Shown here piece after piece: positions 20,402 through 29,900 of a DNA stretch of 64,000 nt. The position numbers were made by a program, and so were the translations under genes. Positions within the stretch are counted from its first letter, which is position 1. Each line of letters starts with the position of its first letter. The stretch comes from a virus, in the IMG/VR virus record IMGVR_UViG_3300029922_000031, positions 41,075-105,074 of that record, one strand, 5' to 3'. The notes under the pieces are model-generated. The model ran no database searches, was not told the DNA's origin, and saw only the letters and a list, made by a program, of their open reading frames with translations.

Positions 20402-22279
20402 TCAAGCTCGCCATTTTCCCTTCTGGAAAGTCACGAGGCTGCGCTTGTCGTTCGGGTAGTGAATGATGTCGGCCGTAGCCCAGCTCGACGGGCCAAGATT
20501 GTAGCCGTGATGCAAATTCATCCCGCCGGCGCCATAGACGCCGTCGTTAATCGAGGGCGAGTGCTTATCGCCGACAGACATTTTCCGACCCATCTTCGCG
20601 TAGCCCATCATGGTCGCGCGGGTGCCGTTCGACCCACGAAAGCCGTGATGACCGCACTCGATCCCGCCAATCAGGTAGGAATAGCCGTCATAGGCCCACT
20701 CGACGTGGTCGACGCTCTTGCCCATCAGATCGCGCAGGGCGTATTCGAGCAGCGCGAACCGTTCTGGCTCCTTGTAGGCGTCGAGCGCCTTGGCGACTCG
20801 ATAGCGATTGTTCGCCATCGCCGCCTCGAGTTTTAGACCGAATGAAAGATTGATGCCGTCATTCCGATAGCGCCCCTCTTTGATGTAGCGATTGAGGGCG
20901 AGATCGTGATTCGATTCGACGTTGACGATCTTGAGACCGGGTCGTTTGAGCGCGGCGTAGAAGGCGCCGAGGTTCTCGACCTCCGTCTGAACCGACGAGC
21001 GGCCGCGCACCGCCAGCTCATAGGCGGCATGGCCGTCGTCTGCCCTGTGATGGTTGCCGATCTCCTGATCGTGCCCGTCATGAATGAAGATCGTCTCCGG
21101 CTTCAGAACGTCGAGGATCGACTGATTCCAGATGTGCTTGTTCGTACGAACGTCGAGACCGAAGTTGCCGCGCGCGTTCGCCGGGTCGAGCTTGGCGTGA
21201 TGCAGGTCGCCGAAGACGATCGCCTTGACCGTGTGACCGGTCTCGACCAGGCCGTCATGCACGAAGATGTTGAGGTCGTAGAAACTTCCATCCTCGCTGG
21301 CGTTGAGCTGCCGGCAGAAGACATCGCCATCTTCGTCGAACTCGACCAGCGTCGCGCCGATGACATGGTGAAAGATCGACTTTGAGCCGGCTTTCCGGGC
21401 GATCACCTTGGGGCGCGTGACGGCGCCGGAGGTCATGATCTGATAGGCTTGAACGCCCGGATCGGTCGACGGGATGCTTTCGAGCGCGAGCTTGGAATGC
21501 GGGAAGACTGCCCAGCGGCTGCGGCTGTATGTGGCGAGACCGGAGAGCGGCCGATCGGCGGTCGGCAGCGTGTTCATTTCGCCGCAGAAGACGAAGTTAT
21601 CGCCGATGGCGAGCTGACCGAAGCACAGATGCGGCGTCAGTTCATTGGCGTAGGAGCGCGAGATCGGGTTGTTCTCGCTCCACCACTGCGTCTCATAGGT
21701 CCATGGGCCGACGATGATCTCGGCGCCGATCGCCGTGGCGTAGGCTTGAAGATTGATCCAGAACTCGGCGTGAAGCGGCGCGTCGTTCTGAGCGCCGGCG
21801 AAGATGAACTTGCGATCGCGGCAGTCGGCGATCGGCGCGACCCGGAGGGTGTCTGAGATCCAGGTGCGCGGGGTGCCCTCGATCATTTCATAGACGCCAG
21901 TATCGCGGTCATAGCGCTCGGAGAGATAGCTGTCGACGATGATCGCTTCGGGATTGATGACGGGATAGTCAGAGCGCTGCAACAGCGTTGTGATCTCTGC
22001 GTTCAGTCGCGTAGCGCGCGCTTTGGCATGATCTTGGGCGGTGAGCTCGGGCGCTTCTTCTGTCTTGACCTCGACATCCTTCTCACGCGACCGGGTGACG
22101 ATCAGCGGCAGGCTCATGCCCGCCTCGAGGAGCTGACGATGCGTCGCGGCGCGGTTGATCACCGATTTGCGGGAGAGGCCGAGAGCTGCCGCAACATGCG
22201 CGATAGTCGGGCAATCATCGAGATCGTTGTACGCGGCGATGAACTCGTCCATCTTCGGGACAGATTGGAAACCCACCAT
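20402..22279 (-). CDS. Phage T5 A1-like metallophosphoesterase/nuclease with N-terminal HTH
   Basis: Matches T5 A1 motifs as recalled: AQN, EMNTLPTADRPLSG, KAG, VEFDEDG..RQL, FYDLN, GDLH, HD.HD...NHH, VESNHDLAL, GIECG.HG, GYN.G.SSW, C-terminal F.KGKW.A. Confidence 0.85.
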   Translation of the reverse strand: MVGFQSVPKMDEFIAAYNDLDDCPTIAHVAAALGLSRKSVINRAATHRQLLEAGMSLPLIVTRSREKDVEVKTEEAPELTAQDHAKARATRLNAEITTLLQRSDYPVINPEAIIVDSYLSERYDRDTGVYEMIEGTPRTWISDTLRVAPIADCRDRKFIFAGAQNDAPLHAEFWINLQAYATAIGAEIIVGPWTYETQWWSENNPISRSYANELTPHLCFGQLAIGDNFVFCGEMNTLPTADRPLSGLATYSRSRWAVFPHSKLALESIPSTDPGVQAYQIMTSGAVTRPKVIARKAGSKSIFHHVIGATLVEFDEDGDVFCRQLNASEDGSFYDLNIFVHDGLVETGHTVKAIVFGDLHHAKLDPANARGNFGLDVRTNKHIWNQSILDVLKPETIFIHDGHDQEIGNHHRADDGHAAYELAVRGRSSVQTEVENLGAFYAALKRPGLKIVNVESNHDLALNRYIKEGRYRNDGINLSFGLKLEAAMANNRYRVAKALDAYKEPERFALLEYALRDLMGKSVDHVEWAYDGYSYLIGGIECGHHGFRGSNGTRATMMGYAKMGRKMSVGDKHSPSINDGVYGAGGMNLHHGYNLGPSSWATADIIHYPNDKRSLVTFQKGKWRA

Positions 22280-22360
22280 GAATCAGTTCTCTCTGCTGCG
22301 CTGGAACCGCTTGAAAGCGATCCCTTCTAATATAGCAAGATCAGTCAACGTTGACTGGAA

Positions 22361-22687
22361 TCATTGGAGTTTCGTCCGTTTCATAGCGGCAGTCGCCTTC
22401 TCGTAGTAGTTTACGATGTTGCTCATCCGCAGCATCCAGCTTGCCACTTGGACGTCGTTCTGGAGGGCGAGCTTCTCGTCGCCCATCGACACGCAGGCCA
22501 TTGTGCCGCAGAGACCCCAGTGAATGCGCGAGAGCTTGACCGGCGCCGGGCGAGCCGGCTGCGCGATCGCGATAGGCTCAACGCTTAACTGGACGGGCGG
22601 CGCCGGAGGCTGACTCGAGCAGGCTGTCAACAGCGTCATTGTCGCGATTGATAGCGTCAATCGCCTTGACCATTTCAGGATCGACAT
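22361..22687 (-). CDS. Outer-membrane spanin (Rz1-like lipoprotein)
   Basis: Lipobox LLTAC followed by a Pro-rich segment; overlaps the i-spanin 3' end. Confidence 0.75.
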   Translation of the reverse strand: MSILKWSRRLTLSIATMTLLTACSSQPPAPPVQLSVEPIAIAQPARPAPVKLSRIHWGLCGTMACVSMGDEKLALQNDVQVASWMLRMSNIVNYYEKATAAMKRTKLQ

Positions 22688-23033
22688 TTGCATCTTCCTT
22701 CTTTGCTGGCGTGATTGGCGGCTTCGGCTCAGTGATGGTTTGGATCTGCGTCTGAACATCAGCCGCTTGGCTAGACGCCGCCGCATCGGAATTCACGAGC
22801 CCCACAAGGGCGCCCGCCTGCGATCGCGCCTGCTGGCGCTGAATCTCCGAGGACTGCGCCTGATACTGCGTGACGACCTCTGCCCTGGCAGCGATCTGCG
22901 CCTGTGCAATCAGTCGGTTCTGAGTGGTTTCGAGGTACATATAGAGAGCGAAGATCACGCCGGCGAGCGCCAGAAGCGCGACACCGATGGCGATAAGACG
23001 CGGAACGAGAGTGGTGGGCCAAAGACTGAGCAT
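22578..23033 (-). CDS. Inner-membrane spanin (Rz-like)
   Basis: N-terminal TM segment plus Q/A-rich coiled coil; ATG 23033 with GAGG RBS; in the lysis cassette. Confidence 0.72.
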   Translation of the reverse strand: MLSLWPTTLVPRLIAIGVALLALAGVIFALYMYLETTQNRLIAQAQIAARAEVVTQYQAQSSEIQRQQARSQAGALVGLVNSDAAASSQAADVQTQIQTITEPKPPITPAKKEDANVDPEMVKAIDAINRDNDAVDSLLESASGAARPVKR

Positions 23034-23040
23034 TAGATCC

Positions 23041-23397
23041 TCACGGCATGGGCGGGGGTTGCGGCTTCTCAGCCGTCGGCGGAGCTTCCGGGATCGGCGA
23101 GCGACGCCAGGCCGGGCTCTGATAGGAGTTGTCGTCGTAGGAGCTCGACCCGTAGTTGTTGCGGCGGTTGTTGTCGTCCCAGACCGCGCCAAAGATGTAG
23201 GCGGTGAGCAGCGTGACGCCGGAACCGGATAGAGCGATGAAGGCTTGATCGTATAGAGCGTTGTCGATGCCGCGAACGAGGATCGCAGTCATCGCGACGC
23301 CCATCCAGATCAGGGTTGCGAAGAGCACGCGCCGACGATTCTTCCAGTTGTCCTCAACCGGAATCATCTCGATCGGCTGCGCGCCCGCCTGGCCCAT
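23041..23397 (-). CDS. Holin-like two-TM protein
   Basis: ATG overlaps the endolysin stop (TAATG); WKNRRR-TM1-TM2-YIFGAVWDD. Confidence 0.65.
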   Translation of the reverse strand: MGQAGAQPIEMIPVEDNWKNRRRVLFATLIWMGVAMTAILVRGIDNALYDQAFIALSGSGVTLLTAYIFGAVWDDNNRRNNYGSSSYDDNSYQSPAWRRSPIPEAPPTAEKPQPPPMP

Positions 23398-23975
23398 TAC
23401 GGAGCCTGCGCGGCGTCGAGAAAGGCGTCGTGATAGTCGGCGATCTTCTCGGCGCAGTCGGTGCCATTGATGATGCGGCGCGCGTTGACCGGGTCGTCGT
23501 TCGTCGCGCTGAAATAGCCGCCGAGCTTGGCGCCGGTGAACCAACCTTCGATCATCCCCATGATCATGATCGCCGCGGCGATGTCGGGGCGCTCGGCCAG
23601 TTCCGGGTTCGCTTCGAGATTGTCGTTTGCGTCGAGGACGCCGAGTTCGCGCAGCCGTTTGGTGGCGTGCGCGTAGTTGGCCTCCCAGGTGAGCTGAACG
23701 TCGCCGCGACCGAAATACGCCTGGTGCCAGGGGCCAGTCGGCACTCCGTAGGAATGGCCCCTGCCCTGCCCATACTCGTCGATCGGCTGCATGGTCGCGG
23801 CCGTCTCGTGATAGGCCGTCGCAAGGCTGTAGCAGACGAAGCGCACGTCGGCGGCCGGGACCCAGTGCTCCCAAGCATCCAGAATCGCCTGCATCCCGTC
23901 GACCTGGCCTTGGCCTAGATTGCCGGCGAACAAGGAAGCGCGAATGGAGGGGAAGAACTTGTCGCGATCAATCAC
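23397..23975 (-). CDS. Endolysin, GH19 (chitinase/lysozyme-like)
   Basis: LATAYHET, YFGRGDVQLTWEANY, NPELA and ARRIINGTD motifs. Confidence 0.9.
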   Translation of the reverse strand: MIDRDKFFPSIRASLFAGNLGQGQVDGMQAILDAWEHWVPAADVRFVCYSLATAYHETAATMQPIDEYGQGRGHSYGVPTGPWHQAYFGRGDVQLTWEANYAHATKRLRELGVLDANDNLEANPELAERPDIAAAIMIMGMIEGWFTGAKLGGYFSATNDDPVNARRIINGTDCAEKIADYHDAFLDAAQAP

Positions 23976-23989
23976 GGATCTATCCTTGG

Positions 23990-24361
23990 TTAGTCGTGCT
24001 GACGTTGCTCGAATGCGCGGTCCAGGCGGGCGCCCAAATCGCGGATTGCCGTGGTGACGCCATCGATTGCAGAGAAGAGCCGCGCCTCTACTTGTCGCAG
24101 CGTGTCGGCGTTGACGTATCGCGTGGCGACTTCGAGTTTGTGCTCGGTGAGCTCGCGGCTGACGACGGCGAGAGCCTTTTCGGTCTCCGCGGTCTTCTTG
24201 GCGGATTCAGCGAACCCGACTTCGGTCTTCGCCCGCTCTTTGACGCCGTTGATGTAGGCCGATGCCGCTGAGCCAAGCGCGATGATCATCGCGACCGTCC
24301 CGAGAATCTGGCTGTAGGTGGGAAACCAACCGGACGAAGCCGGGCCGAAATCGGGGGTCAT
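23990..24361 (-). CDS. Single-TM coiled-coil protein (holin/antiholin-like)
   Basis: N-terminal hydrophobic helix plus coiled coil; directly before the endolysin. Confidence 0.55.
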   Translation of the reverse strand: MTPDFGPASSGWFPTYSQILGTVAMIIALGSAASAYINGVKERAKTEVGFAESAKKTAETEKALAVVSRELTEHKLEVATRYVNADTLRQVEARLFSAIDGVTTAIRDLGARLDRAFEQRQHD

Positions 24362-24438
24362 CAGATTAAGGTCCGCTTCGAGCTAGAGCACAATCAATGT
24401 TGATTGATCATACCAGCCGAAAGTGAAAAAGGGAACTG

Positions 24439-25101
24439 TTAAGCTAGCACCGCCGAATCGTCCGACAGTCGGCGCCAGGCGCCGTTCGAATAGACGACGA
24501 GAACGCCGGTGCCAGCGCCGACGCCCTCGCCCGTCTTGCGGCCGTTTGTTGCGAAGGCGACACCGCCAACGACGCCGGCCGGAAGCGCCGACACCAGGCA
24601 TCGCATCGTCAGAAGCAGAGCATTGGAAGTCAGAGCGGTAAAGGTGCCCGCCGCCGGCGTGACGCTGCCGATGACGACGCCGTCCATGACACCGCCGAGA
24701 CTGGCCGCGCTGATGATCACGACACCCGAGACCGACACGTCGCCCTGAAGAACGCTGGAAATCGGGGAAAGCGCGACGAGCGCCGCGTCGATCTGAAGAA
24801 GCGACTGAGCGATGAGGCTCGAAGTGTCGATGTCGCCGAACGCTGGCGTTGGGAAGGCGTTGGTCGGCGTGAAGTCGCGCTGAATGGCGTTTTGCTGCGC
24901 CGTCTTAGTCGTGCCGACATAATTGGTGGTCAGCGTGATCTGTATGTCGGAGTCGACGCTGAGAATCTTGTACCAGACGCCCTCTCCCTGAATCTCGAAC
25001 AGGTCGTTCGCGGTAACATTGGCCGCCCACTGCGTTCCCGCGCCAGCGACGACAGGGGATCCATTGGTGACGTTGACGGTGCCGAGACGATACTGAGCCA
25101 T
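24439..25101 (-). CDS. Tail fibre/spike protein
   Basis: N-terminal YRLGTVNVTNGSPVVAGAGTQW anchor typical of tail fibres. Confidence 0.7.
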   Translation of the reverse strand: MAQYRLGTVNVTNGSPVVAGAGTQWAANVTANDLFEIQGEGVWYKILSVDSDIQITLTTNYVGTTKTAQQNAIQRDFTPTNAFPTPAFGDIDTSSLIAQSLLQIDAALVALSPISSVLQGDVSVSGVVIISAASLGGVMDGVVIGSVTPAAGTFTALTSNALLLTMRCLVSALPAGVVGGVAFATNGRKTGEGVGAGTGVLVVYSNGAWRRLSDDSAVLA

Positions 25102-25160
25102 GAATGCCCTTCCTGCTTCCGCAAGAGTAAGTCAAAACTGAATGATTCTCTACCGCAAAA

Positions 25161-25505
25161 TTAGGTGAGCGGCATTTCCAGATCGAGAATCTTCAGGCCG
25201 CGATTGATCAGCGCCTGCGAATTGAGATGGTTGCGGCCCGGCATCGGTAGATTGAGCGTGGGTGTGAAGTCGGTGGCGATCGCATAGACCAGCCCGAACA
25301 GAGTGTTTCCGGTCGGGCCGGGGATCGTCTCGAACACGGTCAGTTGGAGGTCGCTGTCGACCGACTTGATATGAAAGATCTGTTTGAGGCCGGGGATCGA
25401 GACGAATTGACCGACCTTTGCATTGGCGAGAAAGGCCGTGCCGTCGCCTTTGATCGTGCTGGTGTTGCAGACGAGTCCAATCGTGCCATCGGTGTATGCG
25501 GCCAT
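25161..25505 (-). CDS. Short paralog of the tail-fibre N-terminal domain
   Basis: Y..GT......I.G.GT.F.AN...I.SVDSD.Q.T...AI..DFTPT...P.P shared with 24439-25101. Confidence 0.7.
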   Translation of the reverse strand: MAAYTDGTIGLVCNTSTIKGDGTAFLANAKVGQFVSIPGLKQIFHIKSVDSDLQLTVFETIPGPTGNTLFGLVYAIATDFTPTLNLPMPGRNHLNSQALINRGLKILDLEMPLT

Positions 25506-25527
25506 CGACTTTCTCCAAGATTATCGG

Positions 25528-26037
25528 TCAAAGACCATAGGTGCGGAAGGCGTAAGCCTGTGGCGACGTCCACGACGTTGGATTTGCGAAGTTGATGACA
25601 GACAGAAACAGGAAGATATAACTCGTCGTAGCGAAGAAGCCTGAGTTCGCGCCTGTGCCACGTGGCGTAATTACACCGCCGGATGTAACATAGGTCACAG
25701 TTCCACTGTTATAGCTGGCGACCCAATCATCCGTTGCTGGATCTTGATAGGAAGCGAAGACGAGCGGGATATAGGCGTAGGGCGTGGCAAAGTTATACTG
25801 ATAAGAATAGTAATAGGCGGATTTCACATAAGAAGCATTAGGTGGATTGTAGCTGACCGGCCCAGAAAAGGACGACCACGGAATTTGTTGCGCAACGGAC
25901 GCCCCGCCGTAGCGAGACCCGTAAGCGTCGAAAATAACATCAGCCTGGTTAGTCGGGGATACCGCGCTATCTCCAGAACTAGTGGAGCGCATAACTCCTG
26001 CACTCGGGTCGATGTAAAACTGGGTCGTCAAAGTCAT
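25528..26037 (-). CDS. Tail-tip-associated protein
   Basis: Downstream of J; beta-rich, aromatic, lower GC; Y.YIP.VF motif shared with the next gene. Confidence 0.6.
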   Translation of the reverse strand: MTLTTQFYIDPSAGVMRSTSSGDSAVSPTNQADVIFDAYGSRYGGASVAQQIPWSSFSGPVSYNPPNASYVKSAYYYSYQYNFATPYAYIPLVFASYQDPATDDWVASYNSGTVTYVTSGGVITPRGTGANSGFFATTSYIFLFLSVINFANPTSWTSPQAYAFRTYGL

Positions 26038-26040
26038 AGC

Positions 26041-26940
26041 CTAATGCCATTTATTCTTCATAATAAAGATTGAGGTTGGAGCGATAGCGAGCGTCTTGCC
26101 CGCGCTGCTGTAGCCGCTACCGCGCCCAACAACGTAAACACGTTGATCGTCAACATAGATGTTTGGGGATGCCAAGGCAGATACACGAAAATCGGGGTAC
26201 GAGATCGAGAACACGAAGGGGATATACCCGAGACTGTGCTTGTATGAATATATGTAGTCTGCGACCTTATTATACGTTGGCGTCACGCCGGGTGCATTAT
26301 ATTGGTTCCAATTCTGCACCCAGCCCAGCGATGAGACCGTCTCCGAATGAAGCGGTCGGCCAAGCACAGGCCCTAGTGACGCCGGCGGGATCAGAAAATC
26401 CCAGACATTCGTCGAGCTGATCAAGCGTCCAGGCTTCGATACGACTGGGCCACTGGCGTCCCACTTCATCCATGTGGTTCCCGCGCGAGATCCTGCCAGC
26501 GCGGTGGGATCGGCGAAGAAGACGGCCCATAGGCCCGTCGAAACATTCCCCATGGCCGGGAGAGACATGCTCGATTCCGACACTGCGAACCCGCTGGAAA
26601 GCTGATACGCGGTCTGCAAATCTTCCCACAGAGTCGTTCCGTAGTAGTTGTAGGGTAGCGGATGGCTTGAACTGTATGCCGGAAGATCAGGTACATAGAA
26701 AGCGCCGGCGACGAACGGCAAGAAAGGCAGCGTGGGAAAACTGACGGTCGTAATAGCAGTGGGCGATAGAACCGCCGTCCCGTAGTAGCCCGCGGCTGTG
26801 CTCAGCAACTCTGGCCAGTCAGAATCGAAGATGATGTTGGTCGGATCAGTCGGCGCCGGGTCGGCATCGAAGCCAGGCGCGACGACGCGAAAGCGGTGCC
26901 CCCCATCCGAGAAATATCCCGCCTTGACGCTGATGGTCAT
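26041..26940 (-). CDS. Tail-tip-associated protein
   Basis: FRVVAPGFDA...IIFDSDW, VSKPG and HSLGYIPFV motifs typical of proteins following J. Confidence 0.6.
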   Translation of the reverse strand: MTISVKAGYFSDGGHRFRVVAPGFDADPAPTDPTNIIFDSDWPELLSTAAGYYGTAVLSPTAITTVSFPTLPFLPFVAGAFYVPDLPAYSSSHPLPYNYYGTTLWEDLQTAYQLSSGFAVSESSMSLPAMGNVSTGLWAVFFADPTALAGSRAGTTWMKWDASGPVVSKPGRLISSTNVWDFLIPPASLGPVLGRPLHSETVSSLGWVQNWNQYNAPGVTPTYNKVADYIYSYKHSLGYIPFVFSISYPDFRVSALASPNIYVDDQRVYVVGRGSGYSSAGKTLAIAPTSIFIMKNKWH

Positions 26941-26943
26941 AGA

Positions 26944-29900
26944 TCACGCATTGAAGTAGATCGCCCCGCCATCGAGATCGATGATCATTTTCCCGTCAGT
27001 GCTCTGGATAGTGCCGGCGGTCACAGCGCCAATATCGGCGCTGATCGCCGAGAGCGTGGTGACGTCAAGCTGCGCCGCGGTGATCGAGTTGGCGGCGATT
27101 TGGGTGGCCGTGATGGTGCCGGCGGCGATTTGGGTGGCCGTGATGCTGCCGGCGGCGATCAAAGCCGCGGTGATCGAGTTTGCGGCGATCTGAGTAGCCG
27201 TGATCGTTCCCGCCGTTAGGCGATCGGCGGTGATCGCGCCCGCCTGAATCTGGGTAGCGGTGATCGTGCCAGCGGCGATCTGATCGGCCGTGATCGAAGC
27301 AGCGGCGATCTGCGCGGCCTTGATTGAGCCGGTGACGATGTTCGAGCCGTCGACAACGGTCTGACCATAGCTGACGATCATTCCCGCCAGGGGAGTATAG
27401 CTGGCGAAATTGATCACGTCGGCGCTAGAGCTCGCGGCGATGTCGTTCGAGAGTGTCGTCGCGTCCTTCTCCCACCAGACGTAGATGGGAGTGCCAGTGT
27501 AGGTCAGAGAGCCCGCAGCCACCGTGACGGTTACGTTGTCGCCGGCGTCGTCGAGATATTGGATTGTACCGGCCGTCCAGGAGAAGACGCTCGTCCCGAT
27601 GTTGAAGGCGAAAGTGAAGCCGGTGATCGTGACGCCGCGCAGGCCGATGGTCAGTAGGTTAGCCGCAATGGTGTTGGCTGCAATCGAGCCGCCGTCGATC
27701 TTGGTCGCGTCTGAACCGTTCTGCCAGGAGGCGAGCGTTGTCGAACCGTCGATCTCGATTAGACCGGCGGCGATCTGGGTGGTGTTATTGTAGTTGATCA
27801 GGGCGGCTGGATCGCCAATCTCAACGCCTGTCGTGCCGATGGTGATCGTCGGCGGGAGTGAGGTCGTAATGTTGAGAAGATCGCCCGTAATTGAACCGGC
27901 GACGAGTCGATCGGCGGTGATCGAGCCCGCGACAATGTCACCGTTGGCGACTGCGCCAGGCGTGACAGAGACGGGGCCTGCGTAAGCACCCGCGACGCCC
28001 GACGTGTTGACAGCGCGCACCCAATAATAGAGCTCTACGCCCGTCGTGAGCCCCGCCTGAGTGAATGCAGTCCCGTAAGACGTGCCGGCCAGCACTGCTG
28101 CGCCGAGCACACCGGTCGTGCCGAACCAAATCTCGAGATGATCGAGGTCGGCGTCGCTCGGATTGACCCACTGAAGATAGACGCTCTTGAGCGATGCGGC
28201 GACGGCGAGCTCAGTGATAGCGCCCGGACCGGTCGTCTTCGCCGGCATGGCGATCGAGATGCTGGCGCAGAATGCCGACGCATACGCCGTCTGCGACCAA
28301 GCTCGGACCTTGACCGTGTATGTGTGGCCGGAGACCAGGTTCGGCCAGGAGAAGATGTCGAGCGAGGTCTGATAGCTGATGAAGGAGCCGGCGCCGTCCT
28401 GAATCTCGACGTCGAAATAGGCGAAGTTGCTCGAGGGCGAAGCGTCCCAGGTCGCGGTCAGAACCTGTTGAACCTCACCCGTCGTCAGAGTGAGGTTGCT
28501 GGTAGATAGCGCAAGGCTGGTTGGAATATCTGGCGGGGTGACGTTGGGCGTGTAGCCGCCCACTGTCACAGCGAAGGGCGGCGAAATGTTCAGGTTATCG
28601 GTGCCGAACTGATCGTAGCCGGCGATGCGGATATAATAGGTCGTTCCGAGATCGCCGGGGATCGCGACCAGATTGTTTGACCCCTGATAGACCGGCGTCG
28701 TCGCAAGGGGATCGAAGTTCTGATCGGTCGAAGCCCAGACAAAGGAGCCGACGAAGTCTGCATCCGACGGGTTGACATAGGTGACATACATCGCCTGCGC
28801 GCCAGACGTGACGGTCGGGAAGATGACATCGGGGACCGGATTGTCGACCGCAAGCGTCACCGCCGGGGACTGACGACCAAGAGTATCTTGGACCACGACG
28901 CTGACCGAGAACGCACGCTGCGGCCCGCGGTTGAAGGCGACATTGTCGGCGGTGTTCTTATCAAAGGTGTAGACGTAGTCGCTGGTGTAGACGGTCTCGG
29001 TGCGCAGCACCGTGCCGGTGGTGGCGTCAAGGATTGAGACGCTGTTGCAGAGAAAGAAGGGGTTGACGCTTCCTACGCCTGCGGTGCTCTGGCCAACATC
29101 GCTGGTCGAACCGGGGAAATTATTCTCCCAGGTGACGTGGCAGTCCTTGCCGCTGAAGTTGGCGCTGTTGCCAGAGTCGAAGACTTCCAACATGCTGACA
29201 TAGGGCGGCGGCGTCGCGGCCCAGCCCTGTACGTTGTAGTCTATGGAGACATCCGTCGAAACGCGGCCGTCAAAGCCGACCGATTGAATGTTGAAGGTCC
29301 ACTGACCAAGCTGAATGCCGTCGGCGTCAAGGCTCGAGACGTTGGTCTGACCGATCGTCGTCGTGCCGCCGATATTCGGGCTGATGCCAGTGACCAGATA
29401 GGACTGAGCGAGGAAGTCATCCGAGGGCGACCACGAGAACGTCAGACGATTGGCCGCAACGCCGTTCTGAAAATAGACGCTCTCCTGCACCTGAAAATTA
29501 GCAGGCGGGTTGATGGTCGACTGCGGGCGCGAATATTGGATCGTCGCGAGATTTAGATTACCCTCGACTCGATCGTACTTCGTCGGATCGTAGAAGAGCG
29601 CCGTGATCTTGAAGAGGTTCTTTTCAGTCTCGGCGATCGAAATAACGCGATATTGCCGCGGCGCGAGCTCGGTGCTGGTGATCACCCACATCGCGCCAAT
29701 GAGCGGCGCCTGCGCAAGAGCCGACTCGAGCGTGACCGTCTGATTGTCCGTACTGAAACTCGCGATCGTCTGCGAGCCGATCGTACCGTCCGGAAATTCA
29801 ACCATGAGCGCGTAGGTTTGACCCAAGACCGGAACGAACGGCTGATCTAAAGTCAATACTGACTGGCTCGTGATGACCTGAATACGCCCGCCAAGCCGCA

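Noticed and set aside
24439-26940. Diversity-generating retroelement or invertible tail-fibre cassette
   Set aside because: No reverse transcriptase, recombinase, TR/VR pair or flanking inverted repeats seen; the two fibre paralogs are diverged throughout.
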